Source of the DNA: Candidatus Poribacteria bacterium
Lineage (GTDB): Bacteria > Poribacteria > WGA-4E > WGA-3G
Length of the DNA: 64,000 nucleotides
Direction of reading: 5' to 3'
Assembly: GCA_965198235.1 (NCBI GenBank)
Contig: OZ240248.1
Location: forward strand, 2,912,001 to 2,976,000
The position numbers were made by a program, and so were the translations under genes. How positions within the stretch are numbered: the stretch's first letter is position 1; every line of letters starts with the position of its first letter. This document shows positions 50,270-60,164 of the stretch, piece by piece. The notes under the pieces were generated by a model that saw only the letters and a program-made list of their open reading frames with translations, was not told the origin of the DNA and ran no database searches.

Positions 50270-52705
50270 ATGATTAGGTATCCTCGTTTGACGCAGCGCG
50301 TAGGTTTCCGAAATCTACTGTTAAGATTGACAATCGGAATGTTTGTTATTGCCTTCTTTGCGACAAGTGGATTCGCACAACTGCCAGACTTCCAGGTTGA
50401 CGCTGATAGTATCTCCTTTTCCAATCCAACACCGGTTGAAGGGGAAGAGATTACCATCTCAGTTGAGGTGAAGAATATTGGCGACGGAACACAAACGATG
50501 AACCAAGATCTGGTTGTTAACCTTTACGAGGCGGATCCGGCGACACAACCGCTCCAAATAGTCTGTAAGGATGTGATCTTGGAGTTAAAACAGGGAAAGA
50601 GCAAGCCGGTGAAAACACAGTGGCAACCCCCTCCCGGTAAGACCGAAATCTATGCCATCGTTAACCCAACCGGTGCAAAACACATTGAAGAAACGGACAT
50701 AGGAAACAACCTTACCCATGCGACGCTCGTCGTTGAGTCGCGGACGTTTCCACCTGTCACCCCTGAACAGATACAGAACGCGATAACGAAAGGCGTTGCT
50801 TGGATAGAAGCACAACAAGGAAAGCATAGCCGGACCTGCCTACAGTGTGGGACTGAAAACCAACTTATCTTAATCTGCATTATCTGCGGAGCAAGCCTAA
50901 AAGGGCTCGCTGAAAACTTCATTCCAGGCAAGTCTTGGAATTTTGGTGAAGATCAGACACAAGAAACAGCGTTGGCATTGCAAACGTTATTCGCAACAGG
51001 ACGGACGCCTTTGCACCCTCCAGTGCAAAAAGGCTTAGAGTTTCTCTTGGCGCGGAACTGGAACGAATTCGCTGTTTATCAATTTGCCGTGATTATTCCA
51101 GCCTTAGTCGCGACGCAAGATGCCGCATACAGAGAGCGTGCCCAGTTTGCTGTGAATCAATTAGTCAAAAAGCAGCTCCCTATCAGCGGCAGTGAGTTCA
51201 CAGACGAGCGCGATGATGGCGGTTGGGGATACGGTTATACTGCCGATGGCGCGCATATGAACATGGTTATCTACGCACTCTATGCTGCAAAGCAGTGGGG
51301 GCTTGATATTCCTCCTGACACATGGGTACGTGCCGAGCAGTGGATTCGTCGAAACCAAACTGAAACGGGGGGATGGCTCTACAATTTAGTTGATGACGGT
51401 TCGCCGTGGGCAATAGGGGTCTACGGAAGCATGACCGCAACTGGATTGTGGGCACTTCGTGCATGTGGCGTTCCTGCTGACGATCCGCAGATTCAGAAAG
51501 GCACCGGATGGGTCAAAAAGCATTGGACCTTAACCCGTAACCCTGGTTCTAACTCGTGGCTTTACTACTATCTACTTTCACTGCAACGGTTCTGCGACAT
51601 TCCCCCAACTTTAGATACACTTGCTGGTTACGATTGGTACGATGAAATCTCACGGATGATGGTCGCACAACAGGAATCTGATGGGAGATGGCGCGGATCT
51701 GAGAGCAATTTTTTGTCGACCTGTTTCGCCGTGATGTCCTTGAGTCATGCCTTGGTAGGTCCAACAGAGCCGAATATCGGGATTGTCCCACAAAGCCTCC
51801 GGTTCTCACCACCTACGCCACGCGTCGGCGAAGTGGTACGACTCAGTACAACCCTTCGGAATACGGGAACCCCTCTTGACGAAATTCTCAACGTCGGGTT
51901 TTATGTCGATAATGAGAAGGTTGCTACAACCGAAGTTCTTTGGACTCCGAAACTCGCAGAGACCGTCATTTCTGCCGATTGGGCACCTGCAATGGAAGGT
52001 CAGATAGAGTTTGTGGCACGCATAGACATCTCGGATGCAGACGAGAGTGATAATAGTGCTTCGGAAAAACTCACTGTCTTTCCACAATCCACTGCAGCAG
52101 CAGATGTCCAGTTAGCAAAACCGAAGCAAATTAGCGAAAATATTTATCAACTCGGCAACGTTGTTTTCGATACCAGTAAACGCGAGGTAACGGTGCCGGG
52201 TGAAATTAACATTGTAGGTGGAGATGCCAATATCGAATTCTTTGCCTGTGGTAAACTCGGCAAAACACATGAAAGCATTTTAATCGTTGATGCTGAACCG
52301 ATTTACATACTTACAGCACTCGGAGTTTTAGATTTTACACCCGGCATGAATCTCACGGTTGAAGGTGATCCGCGAACTCCTATGGGGGCACCTGTTGACA
52401 TCTGGGTAGAATGGAACCAAGGCGACGAGATAGTCTCGCGCCGCGCAAGAGAGTTAGTCTGGAATGCCTTTACGGAGCAGCCAATGCAAGAAACACTATG
52501 GGTCTTCACAGGTGGACGGCTTAAAAACAATCAATTCACTGCCCAGCTTTTCCACAACATTATCGCTGTCTATCGCGACCCAGATTCACTTTTTAACCAC
52601 CCCTTACCTACTGGCACCGATGATCGGACGTATCGTGTCAATACTGATGTAATCCCTCCTAAAGGCACAAAGATAAAACTCATCATCCGACCTACCACAG
52701 CTTAA
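50270..52705 (+). CDS. CARDB + Zn-ribbon + prenyltransferase/terpene-cyclase-like alpha-barrel + CARDB + YdjY-like domain
   Basis: F.NPTP.EG..I.VEVKNIG...NN, CLQC..CIIC, QW-like repeats (DGGWGY, Q.ETGGW.Y, Q.SDGRW), IEFFAC...KTHES. Confidence 0.7.
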   Translation: MIRYPRLTQRVGFRNLLLRLTIGMFVIAFFATSGFAQLPDFQVDADSISFSNPTPVEGEEITISVEVKNIGDGTQTMNQDLVVNLYEADPATQPLQIVCKDVILELKQGKSKPVKTQWQPPPGKTEIYAIVNPTGAKHIEETDIGNNLTHATLVVESRTFPPVTPEQIQNAITKGVAWIEAQQGKHSRTCLQCGTENQLILICIICGASLKGLAENFIPGKSWNFGEDQTQETALALQTLFATGRTPLHPPVQKGLEFLLARNWNEFAVYQFAVIIPALVATQDAAYRERAQFAVNQLVKKQLPISGSEFTDERDDGGWGYGYTADGAHMNMVIYALYAAKQWGLDIPPDTWVRAEQWIRRNQTETGGWLYNLVDDGSPWAIGVYGSMTATGLWALRACGVPADDPQIQKGTGWVKKHWTLTRNPGSNSWLYYYLLSLQRFCDIPPTLDTLAGYDWYDEISRMMVAQQESDGRWRGSESNFLSTCFAVMSLSHALVGPTEPNIGIVPQSLRFSPPTPRVGEVVRLSTTLRNTGTPLDEILNVGFYVDNEKVATTEVLWTPKLAETVISADWAPAMEGQIEFVARIDISDADESDNSASEKLTVFPQSTAAADVQLAKPKQISENIYQLGNVVFDTSKREVTVPGEINIVGGDANIEFFACGKLGKTHESILIVDAEPIYILTALGVLDFTPGMNLTVEGDPRTPMGAPVDIWVEWNQGDEIVSRRARELVWNAFTEQPMQETLWVFTGGRLKNNQFTAQLFHNIIAVYRDPDSLFNHPLPTGTDDRTYRVNTDVIPPKGTKIKLIIRPTTA

Positions 52706-52712
52706 AGGAAAA

Positions 52713-52910
52713 ATGATGCCAATTTTTGAATACCATTGCAATGACTGTACATCTGAATTTGAAGTACTTCAACGCGTAAGCGATGCCGATATACCTCCGA
52801 AATGTCCCCCGATATGTCCGAAGTGTGGCGCATTGAATTCAACGAAACGCTTCTCTACGTTTGCTACCGCAGGTACGCAGAAGGGGACCACCAGCGACAA
52901 CGCAACCTGA
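52713..52910 (+). CDS. FmdB-family zinc-ribbon protein
   Basis: MPIFEYHCNDC..EFE...CPKCG...S.F. Confidence 0.85.
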   Translation: MMPIFEYHCNDCTSEFEVLQRVSDADIPPKCPPICPKCGALNSTKRFSTFATAGTQKGTTSDNAT

Positions 52911-52939
52911 GCGATTCCAGTTGGTGGCAGTTTGCCCCA

Positions 52940-54334
52940 ATGAAACAGAAACCTACAAAGCCTGCACCAAACATCCTTCGCGAAATCCAAGCGGACAAAG
53001 TCCTACCGGTATATCTACTCTGTGGCGAAGAAAGTTTCCTCATTGAAGGAACCCTCAAACAGATACTCGACCATCTACTCTCACCTGAAACACGCGATTT
53101 TAACCTCACCTTTCTCGAAGGCACCGATGTCACAACTCGGGAGATTCTGAGTCAAGTTGACCTCTATCCAGTTATGTCAAAATGGCGAGTGGTAGTTGTC
53201 CGAGACGCACCCTTTTTTAAAGCCCAACAACGTACACTGCCGATAACGCTTCTCCGAAATGCATTCAAAATTGAAATGACAAACCCACAAAAATCTATCT
53301 CTACAATGGAAAAACTTTTAGAGGTGAGTCCCCAACAAATCGCCGAACAGCATTTTGACTTCGCAAATGCGGTTGAAGCGCTCATCAATGAGTTAGGTAC
53401 AAAATTAACCGACGAAGAACGCAGTTTCTTAAAACGCTTACCGGAAATCGCTCAACAACTGGATACGTATGCTACTGAAGCCGGTGCCACTGATGACGTT
53501 GACTTACTCCTTGAGTGGCTCCAAGCCGATCTGCCGAAAAATAGCGTTCTGATATTTACAGTACGCGGACCCGTGAATGAACGCAACAGGGTCGTTAAAA
53601 CGATTGAAACTGTCGGACGCTATAGGTCCTTTGATCCGGTGGAAGCCGGTCGATCGCTGAACCAAGACCCGCTTTATAAAAAAGTCTCGGAAAAGTTCAG
53701 TGAATTCAATAAACAGATTACACCCCGTGCTTTCACGCAACTCAGGACTCGCACTGGGGGCGATATGCACACAATTGCCGAAGCGATCAACAAGATTGTT
53801 GATTTCGTGGGCGACAAGCGTCAAATTGACGAGCATGATATCCAGAATATCGTGACGCAAAACACATTTGATAACATTTTCGACCTCACCGATGCGATTG
53901 GAAGGCGTTCAATTGGACAAGCATTGAAAAGTCTTTACGAGGTATTAGCAAGCGGTCAAGAACCCATCTTGGTGAATTCGACGATCACGCGTCAATTCCG
54001 TTTTGCCCTCCAAGCCAAGCTAATCGCAAATAGGAAGGGACTTCGACCGCTTCGTAGTCGGATGCCGTTCTCTGAATTTACGAAGAATATTTTTCAACCG
54101 TTTGTTGAAGAAATGGGAAGTTTTTTACCGAAGTCAGCCACTCATAACATTCTGAAGCAGAACCCTTATGTCGCCTACAAGATTTTTCAGACGCTCCACG
54201 CTTTCACCGCTGAGGAGTTAGTCATTGCGATTGAAAAAACCCTCATAGTGGATACCCAATTGAAAACAAGCGAACTAAACGAGACAAGCATTCTGGAGCA
54301 ATTGGTGTGTGAACTTTGTACCACCCGGAAATAG
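52940..54334 (+). CDS. holA: DNA polymerase III subunit delta
   Basis: PVYLLCGEE.FL, DFN...L.G, NIFDL.DAI, D..LKT...LE.L. Start at MKQKP. Confidence 0.85.
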   Translation: MKQKPTKPAPNILREIQADKVLPVYLLCGEESFLIEGTLKQILDHLLSPETRDFNLTFLEGTDVTTREILSQVDLYPVMSKWRVVVVRDAPFFKAQQRTLPITLLRNAFKIEMTNPQKSISTMEKLLEVSPQQIAEQHFDFANAVEALINELGTKLTDEERSFLKRLPEIAQQLDTYATEAGATDDVDLLLEWLQADLPKNSVLIFTVRGPVNERNRVVKTIETVGRYRSFDPVEAGRSLNQDPLYKKVSEKFSEFNKQITPRAFTQLRTRTGGDMHTIAEAINKIVDFVGDKRQIDEHDIQNIVTQNTFDNIFDLTDAIGRRSIGQALKSLYEVLASGQEPILVNSTITRQFRFALQAKLIANRKGLRPLRSRMPFSEFTKNIFQPFVEEMGSFLPKSATHNILKQNPYVAYKIFQTLHAFTAEELVIAIEKTLIVDTQLKTSELNETSILEQLVCELCTTRK

Positions 54335-54916
54335 AGCAGATCGCTTCTTTCTGGCGTGATACTTGAGCGCGATTAAGAAACCATCAGCATTTGATTCCGT
54401 TTTAAATATCATAGTACTAATAACGTGAGTTCGATGTAAAGATTGTCTGAATACTCTCTGATTTCAAATTTCCAATGCTCAGACATACTATGATTGATAG
54501 GGATATTCACGCAAACCCGAGAGTCTCCCCATGTGGGTTTCCCCGCCTATGTAAGGACACATTTTAGAAGAGATGCCGACGTGCAAAATCGCTGAATGCA
54601 GCAATTTTTGCGCCTTATACCACATTTTTTGTATGTTGGTAATAGCAGGCGGGTTGCAAATAGATTCTACTTTTTCGACGAAGATAATTTTTTTGGGGAA
54701 GATAACGCTTCGACTCGTTTTGATAAATCTAATATCTGTCTGTGTTCCAGAGGAGTCTAATGAAACATGTTTGGAATCTCAGTGTTGGTTTGAGGTAGTT
54801 ATTGCGTTTCATCAAGGGCATTGGCATAGAACTTGCTTAAATCATCGTAGGAAACGTGATTTAGTTTCTATTTTACCAACTCTTATTAGGAACAAGGTTA
54901 GGAACAAGGAGTTTTT

Positions 54917-55684
54917 ATGAAAGGCACAAGACCTTTAGATAACACTGAAATCCATAAGGTATCGGCAGCTTTTGATAGAGTGTTTGCTATTCGGAACAGA
55001 AGTTTATTCATGCTGGGTGTTTCCGTCGGTGGGCGGATTAGCGAACTGCTCGCCCTGAAAGTGCACGATGTGTGGCAAAACGACAAACCGGTCGCTGATT
55101 TGCTGTTTGATCGGAACATTGTGAAGGGTGGTGAGGTATCGAGAGCTGTACCGGTGAACATAGACGGCAGGCAGGCAATTGAAGACCTTGTCGCTTGGCA
55201 TATCGAACTATATGGAAATGTCGATCCGACCCGTCCATTGTTCCCGTCCCGGAAAGGACGAGGTTTGCAAGCAATGACGAGGATAGCGGCACACAGTGTG
55301 CTAAAGGGCGCGTTTGAAGCGGCGGGGTTAAATGGAAAACTCGGCACGCATTCCCTGCGGAAGTCATACGCACAACGCCTCTATGAACAGACAAACGATA
55401 TTTACGCCGTCCAAGAAATGTTGGGACATAAAAGCGTGGTAACAACCCAACGATATTTGGGGGTAAACTACGCCAACGTTCGGGATGCATCGGAGGCGAT
55501 GTCAATTCATTCCGAATCTAACAGAAGTGTGCAAACGTTAAGTTCGGTCAATGATGCCTCGGATGACGTGCTTTTAATCGAATTGCTCCGTAGGGGATAT
55601 GATGTCGCTCGTTTACTTGAGAAAAGCAATATACAGCAACCTTTTCAACTTCCAGATGAAGAGACTACATCAAAATTCGTTTGA
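54917..55684 (+). CDS. Tyrosine recombinase/integrase (catalytic domain only)
   Basis: GGRISELLAL (R), VKGG (K), HSLRK (HxxR), LGH, TQRYL (Y). Confidence 0.93.
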   Translation: MKGTRPLDNTEIHKVSAAFDRVFAIRNRSLFMLGVSVGGRISELLALKVHDVWQNDKPVADLLFDRNIVKGGEVSRAVPVNIDGRQAIEDLVAWHIELYGNVDPTRPLFPSRKGRGLQAMTRIAAHSVLKGAFEAAGLNGKLGTHSLRKSYAQRLYEQTNDIYAVQEMLGHKSVVTTQRYLGVNYANVRDASEAMSIHSESNRSVQTLSSVNDASDDVLLIELLRRGYDVARLLEKSNIQQPFQLPDEETTSKFV

Positions 55685-55778
55685 ATAAATTGATTGACCT
55701 TTTTTTACTATCTTTTTAGTGTTCTGCTGACTCTAATAATATAAGATTACATTTTATTAGAAAATCGGAGGGGTTGAA

Positions 55779-56015
55779 ATGGGAGAAATCGTTTTGATTA
55801 TTGCCATTATATTTGGGAGTATCGCAGTAACAACGCTTGGATGTGTCTGGATGGGTACTTCTTACAGCGCAAAGCAAAAGGGCTTGAAAAGCGGAGCGTC
55901 GCAGCGCGAGGTAGAAGTACTACAGCAGAAAGTAAGCGACGTTCAGCAAGAAATAGATGCTCTCAAAAAGGAAGTGAAACGACTCATCAAAATCGCCAAA
56001 GGTGTGAGTGAGTAA
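55779..56015 (+). CDS. Small membrane protein with a coiled coil
   Basis: GGAGG RBS, N-terminal TM helix, heptad-rich C-terminus. Confidence 0.75.
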   Translation: MGEIVLIIAIIFGSIAVTTLGCVWMGTSYSAKQKGLKSGASQREVEVLQQKVSDVQQEIDALKKEVKRLIKIAKGVSE

Positions 56016-56030
56016 AGGAGGAGAACAGAC

Positions 56031-56360
56031 ATGTCAGCGTTACTACTGATTTTTCTCTTGTTGGTATTCTTCTTTATTTTTAAGTTTACAGCCGCGCTTG
56101 TCGCTATTGTGGCAATAGTTGTGGGGACAACAACAATCACTACACTCGCATGTGTCTGGCTGGGAACATCGTATTACCTGAGAGCATCGGGATATGATCC
56201 AAACAGTGCCGAACAGACTTACCGTCGGGTGGATTCAGATTTAAAGCAGATTGTTGGGGATTTACAGGAAATGCGCTTTGAATTAGAGGAAGTAGAACCG
56301 TATCTACGAGATGTAGAATTTTTAAGATACGCCCGCCAGAACCACAAAGCGGAGAATTAG
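56031..56360 (+). CDS. Small membrane protein, paralog of 55779-56015
   Basis: AGGAGG RBS, shared TTLxCVWxGTSY motif, C-terminal coiled coil. Confidence 0.75.
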   Translation: MSALLLIFLLLVFFFIFKFTAALVAIVAIVVGTTTITTLACVWLGTSYYLRASGYDPNSAEQTYRRVDSDLKQIVGDLQEMRFELEEVEPYLRDVEFLRYARQNHKAEN

Positions 56361-56385
56361 CGTCGTAAAGTAGAAAAAGGTGAAA

Positions 56386-56421
56386 TGTAGGCAGGATATG
56401 TCTTTATCCTGCCTATTGCAT
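56386..56421 (+). terminator. Hairpin after the small-gene pair (terminator or REP)
   Basis: TAGGCAGGATA-TGTCTT-TATCCTGCCTA inverted repeat with no strong U-tract. Confidence 0.45.
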
Positions 56422-56602
56422 GTACGAAAATATTTCTTGAAGTAATTTAAGCTGTTACAATGCCCTGTATTTTTTGGGTAGGGTTACCATAGCAGGGCAT
56501 CTTTTGCAGGGGGCTTGTAGGGCATTCTCGAAAGCTTTTTTTCTCATCTCTCCTGTAGGAGGGAACTCCGATTCCCGAATCTAACCGCTGACCGCTAAAA
56601 TC

Positions 56603-57790
56603 CTAAAAAGTTAACCATCGGTGAAATAGGACCCCTTTTCCTTCCGGCTCAACGACCCGCAATAAAACTTTCCCGTCTTTAAGAAAATCTATCGCCATGA
56701 AACCGGAATGCTGATGTGCAAACAGGGTATTATCTCCAGACATCACTTCCGTCACTTTTCGGCTCGCCGCGCTCCCACTCACGAGGAGATAATCAGTAAC
56801 TTCGCCTTTCAGTACTTGGAGGGAATGTTCATGTCCAGAAACATAGATTAAGAGCGGTGGACCTTGGGGTGGCAATTTTCGTCTGGCAAACGCTTGATTC
56901 AACTGTGCTACCATATTTTTGTTACGTGCGCCGTTCATATCTTGATCGGATCTGTAAAGGTGCCATCGTGCGTATGGATACACAGAACCCACTATGGGTA
57001 TCGGAATCCAGAGCCATCTTTTCACAAATCTGACAGGAAAGAGGTGTGCCTTCCAGTCGTAGACACCACCATGTGATCCATAAGTTTCCAGTGGATGGTG
57101 TCCGACAACGATAACCGGTAATTCCGTATCTAATAGTGCTACAAGTTCTTCTATCACCTTTTCAGGTGCTTTTTTTCGTTTTTCATGTTGATGGAGCCAC
57201 CACTGCGTATCCAGCACGATAAGTCGTACTGCAGGGTTGGTTTTCGGGAGTTCGAGTGCAACAGGACCGGGTGAACCTCCAGATGGTAGGAAATTCGCTT
57301 CACCAGCAAGGGCATCGTTGATAAACTTTTCTTGTGCAAAGACTGCACTAAGTCCTTCCGCTTTCCCCTTTGCCCAATCATGGTTACCGGGTATAAAGAG
57401 ACCATGAGCACCTGTAGTTTTGATAACTGCGAGTTGGGGTGTAAGCCGAGCCGGTGCTTCATGTTTTTTGCGTTCTGTCATCCCTTCAGGATACATGTTG
57501 TCACCTAAAAAGACAATGCTCGTGCTGGAAGCATCCTTCGCCGCCCACTCGCTGAGCGTTTTCAGAACAGGTTCATCCTGTTTCGGAAGTCCACCATCAC
57601 CCAGTAATAAAAGACGGTACCGGAGAGTGCCTTCCGTTTCACTCTCATGTTTCGCGCTATCGGGAATATCAGGATGATAATACGGCTTTGTGTGACTACA
57701 CCCCGCAATTGTCAGTTGTACTGCTTGAACAATGCAACAGAGGAGAACAATATAGCGGGTGAAGTTGGGGCGTTGATAAAATCGTTTCAT
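56603..57790 (-). CDS. Calcineurin-like metallophosphoesterase (exported or lipoprotein)
   Basis: GDGG, LGDNMY, PGNHDW, GHHP, SGHEH. Confidence 0.9.
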   Translation of the reverse strand: MKRFYQRPNFTRYIVLLCCIVQAVQLTIAGCSHTKPYYHPDIPDSAKHESETEGTLRYRLLLLGDGGLPKQDEPVLKTLSEWAAKDASSTSIVFLGDNMYPEGMTERKKHEAPARLTPQLAVIKTTGAHGLFIPGNHDWAKGKAEGLSAVFAQEKFINDALAGEANFLPSGGSPGPVALELPKTNPAVRLIVLDTQWWLHQHEKRKKAPEKVIEELVALLDTELPVIVVGHHPLETYGSHGGVYDWKAHLFPVRFVKRWLWIPIPIVGSVYPYARWHLYRSDQDMNGARNKNMVAQLNQAFARRKLPPQGPPLLIYVSGHEHSLQVLKGEVTDYLLVSGSAASRKVTEVMSGDNTLFAHQHSGFMAIDFLKDGKVLLRVVEPEGKGVLFHRWLTF

Positions 57791-57846
57791 CTTCCAGTAC
57801 TTTCACGCTCCTGTTGTCGTTTGGGACATTCAAGTGGATAATCGCT

Positions 57847-59178
57847 TTAGCCGTCTATCCACCTTTGGATGTGTTCAACAAATTCCTCCCGCGGGACGAT
57901 TTGTTGCTCTCTGCTTGCGAGATTCCGAATCGCCACTCTGCCTGCCTCTAATTCATCAGAACCGAGGATGACAGCATACGGTATACCTTTGGTATCCGCG
58001 TATTTTATCTGTGCGCTGAGACGCGCCGAGCGACAATAAACCTCTGTCCGGATGCCATCTTGACGCAGAAGCGTCGCCAATTTCAGGGATTCTTGGGCGA
58101 GTTCAGCATCGAAGACAGTGACTAACACCTGTGTCACTGTTTTGCCTACGGTAGCGGGGAACATATCAAATTCTTCCATCACGTCAATAATCCGCTCAAT
58201 GCCGAAACTGGTCCCAGTTGCTGGGTAACCCTGTTTGCTGAAGCTTCCGATGAGTTCATCGTATCTTCCGCCGCCGGTGATACTCCCAATTTTGGGTTCC
58301 TCAACAACGGTTTCATAGATCGGACCGGTGTAGTATTCCAAGCCACGCACCATTGAAACGTTCACCCTATAGAACTCGTCCGGTACCCCAAACGTTGCGA
58401 GATAGCCATTCAGCTCTTCTAATTCCGCAATACCTTCTCTTGCTACCTCAGAATCGTCGAGTTCTTCACTGAGTGCGTTCAGCACCGTTGCCGTATCGCC
58501 TTCAATCTGAAGCAGCGCGAGCAACTTCTCAATAACCGGTTCCGGAATCTGATTTTCCGCTAATTCGTCCCTGACCCCTGCAAGCCCAATTTTATCCAAC
58601 TTATCAATGGATCGATAGAGCCCGCCAAGTTGTTCATCAGGCACGCCAGCGAATTGCCCAATCCCGGTGATTAATTTTCGGTCGTTGATATTAACCTCGA
58701 ATTGCTCAAAACCGAGACGAGTTAGCACCTGATAGATAAGATTGACATTTTCAGCATCAGCGAGCATACTCTCGGTTCCTACCGTATCCGCGTCGCACTG
58801 GAAGAATTGACGGTAGCGCCCTTTTTGTGGGCGTTCCGCTCGCCAGACGGGATCGATTTGGTATCGCTTAAACGGTTTCGGGAGTTGCGGATACATAGCA
58901 ACAACCCGACAAAGCGGTACTGAAAGATCGTAACGGAGGGAGATGTCTTCCTTTCCGCCCGCGTGTCCTGCCTGATAGATAAGTTTCTCGGCATCCGGTC
59001 CGTACTTGCCCGTGAGCACTTCAGACAATTCAAGGGCGGGTGTTTGCAAGGGTTCAAACCCAAATTCCTCGAACACGTCCCGAATCACATCTATAACATA
59101 CTGTCTGCGAATCATCTGCTCAGGTAAAATGTCTCGCATCCCGCGCGGAACGCGCGGTTTAATCAAAGCCCTTTCCAT
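57847..59178 (-). CDS. hisS: Histidine--tRNA ligase
   Basis: PRGMRD, LRYDL.VP, WRAERPQKGRYRQF.QCD, RGLEYYTG, GGGRYD, GIER and an anticodon-binding domain. Confidence 0.97.
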   Translation of the reverse strand: MERALIKPRVPRGMRDILPEQMIRRQYVIDVIRDVFEEFGFEPLQTPALELSEVLTGKYGPDAEKLIYQAGHAGGKEDISLRYDLSVPLCRVVAMYPQLPKPFKRYQIDPVWRAERPQKGRYRQFFQCDADTVGTESMLADAENVNLIYQVLTRLGFEQFEVNINDRKLITGIGQFAGVPDEQLGGLYRSIDKLDKIGLAGVRDELAENQIPEPVIEKLLALLQIEGDTATVLNALSEELDDSEVAREGIAELEELNGYLATFGVPDEFYRVNVSMVRGLEYYTGPIYETVVEEPKIGSITGGGRYDELIGSFSKQGYPATGTSFGIERIIDVMEEFDMFPATVGKTVTQVLVTVFDAELAQESLKLATLLRQDGIRTEVYCRSARLSAQIKYADTKGIPYAVILGSDELEAGRVAIRNLASREQQIVPREEFVEHIQRWIDG

Positions 59179-59297
59179 AAATTCTCCTCCTCTTAAATAC
59201 TAAGAAACCTGGACTCCCACGCAAGCACGCCCGACCTCATTAGAAACCGGCGATCTGACAACGGAAGATCGTGGCGAAGGCCCATAGGTAAAAAACC

Positions 59298-60077
59298 TTA
59301 AATGTGCCCGGGGAGTGCCGGACTCCGCCTTCTTCGTAAACCTTTCTGTAGTGTTTGTTTGAACTCTTCAATCTTTTCCTGCTTCCATGGATCTCTGAGC
59401 GACCTCGGATTGGCGATGAGGGTCGAAACAGTCTCTCGCAAAAGTTCGATGATTTTGAGTTGATTCGCCTTGATTGTGCGCCGCGATGTAGTCGAATTGT
59501 CGATAATAGCATCGGCTTCTTCCGGTGGTTTTCCCTCGGTTGCCCCGAAAGACAGCATGAGTGTAATAGGGGATTGGTAAGTGCCGCGGGTGTTAAGTCG
59601 CTTCCACGGTGTTAAAATCGCAGGTGCGACCCTATTTTCCGTCTTTTCAAGGATATATTTCTCGGCAATGTTCAAATATTCGGTAGAGATACGGATGTCC
59701 CTATCGGCAAGGTTTATTAAATCCTCAAATGTGCTGAGGTCGTCTCGTTCTTGACGGACCGCTAGTACAATATCCATGCGACCATATTCCAATGGTAGAA
59801 TTTCGTCAACCTCTGCATCAGTTTCTTCAACCCAATCTTGACCGGTAATCCCTAAATCGTAAAAATCATCCATACCGACATAGACTGGTATCTCTTGCGG
59901 ACGCGAAATTTTGATTTGAAATTCGCTATCATTGTGGAAGGTCGCGCGATAGGACCTATCAGTTTCGGTATAACCGTTAAGTTCATAACCGGCGCGCTGA
60001 AACATTTCAAGCGTATCCGCCTGTAGGCTACCTTTCGGTAAAAGTAGTTTCAACGTCCTTTGTGATTCCATTTGCAT
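59298..60077 (-). CDS. hisG: ATP phosphoribosyltransferase (no C-terminal regulatory domain)
   Basis: LPKGSL, RPQEIP.YV, DLGITG.D, I.TEY, GATE...D. Confidence 0.9.
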   Translation of the reverse strand: MQMESQRTLKLLLPKGSLQADTLEMFQRAGYELNGYTETDRSYRATFHNDSEFQIKISRPQEIPVYVGMDDFYDLGITGQDWVEETDAEVDEILPLEYGRMDIVLAVRQERDDLSTFEDLINLADRDIRISTEYLNIAEKYILEKTENRVAPAILTPWKRLNTRGTYQSPITLMLSFGATEGKPPEEADAIIDNSTTSRRTIKANQLKIIELLRETVSTLIANPRSLRDPWKQEKIEEFKQTLQKGLRRRRSPALPGHI

Positions 60078-60164
60078 TTTTTTAATTGTTGTCCTTTCTC
60101 TGAGCGGATTTAGATGTCTAAGGGCAATTGTATTCCTTTCCAGTTTTTAGCAGGCGCGAAACAT

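Noticed and set aside
59180-59297. T-box riboswitch upstream of hisS
   Set aside because: Too short, with no T-box (GGTGG.ACC) motif or terminator visible.
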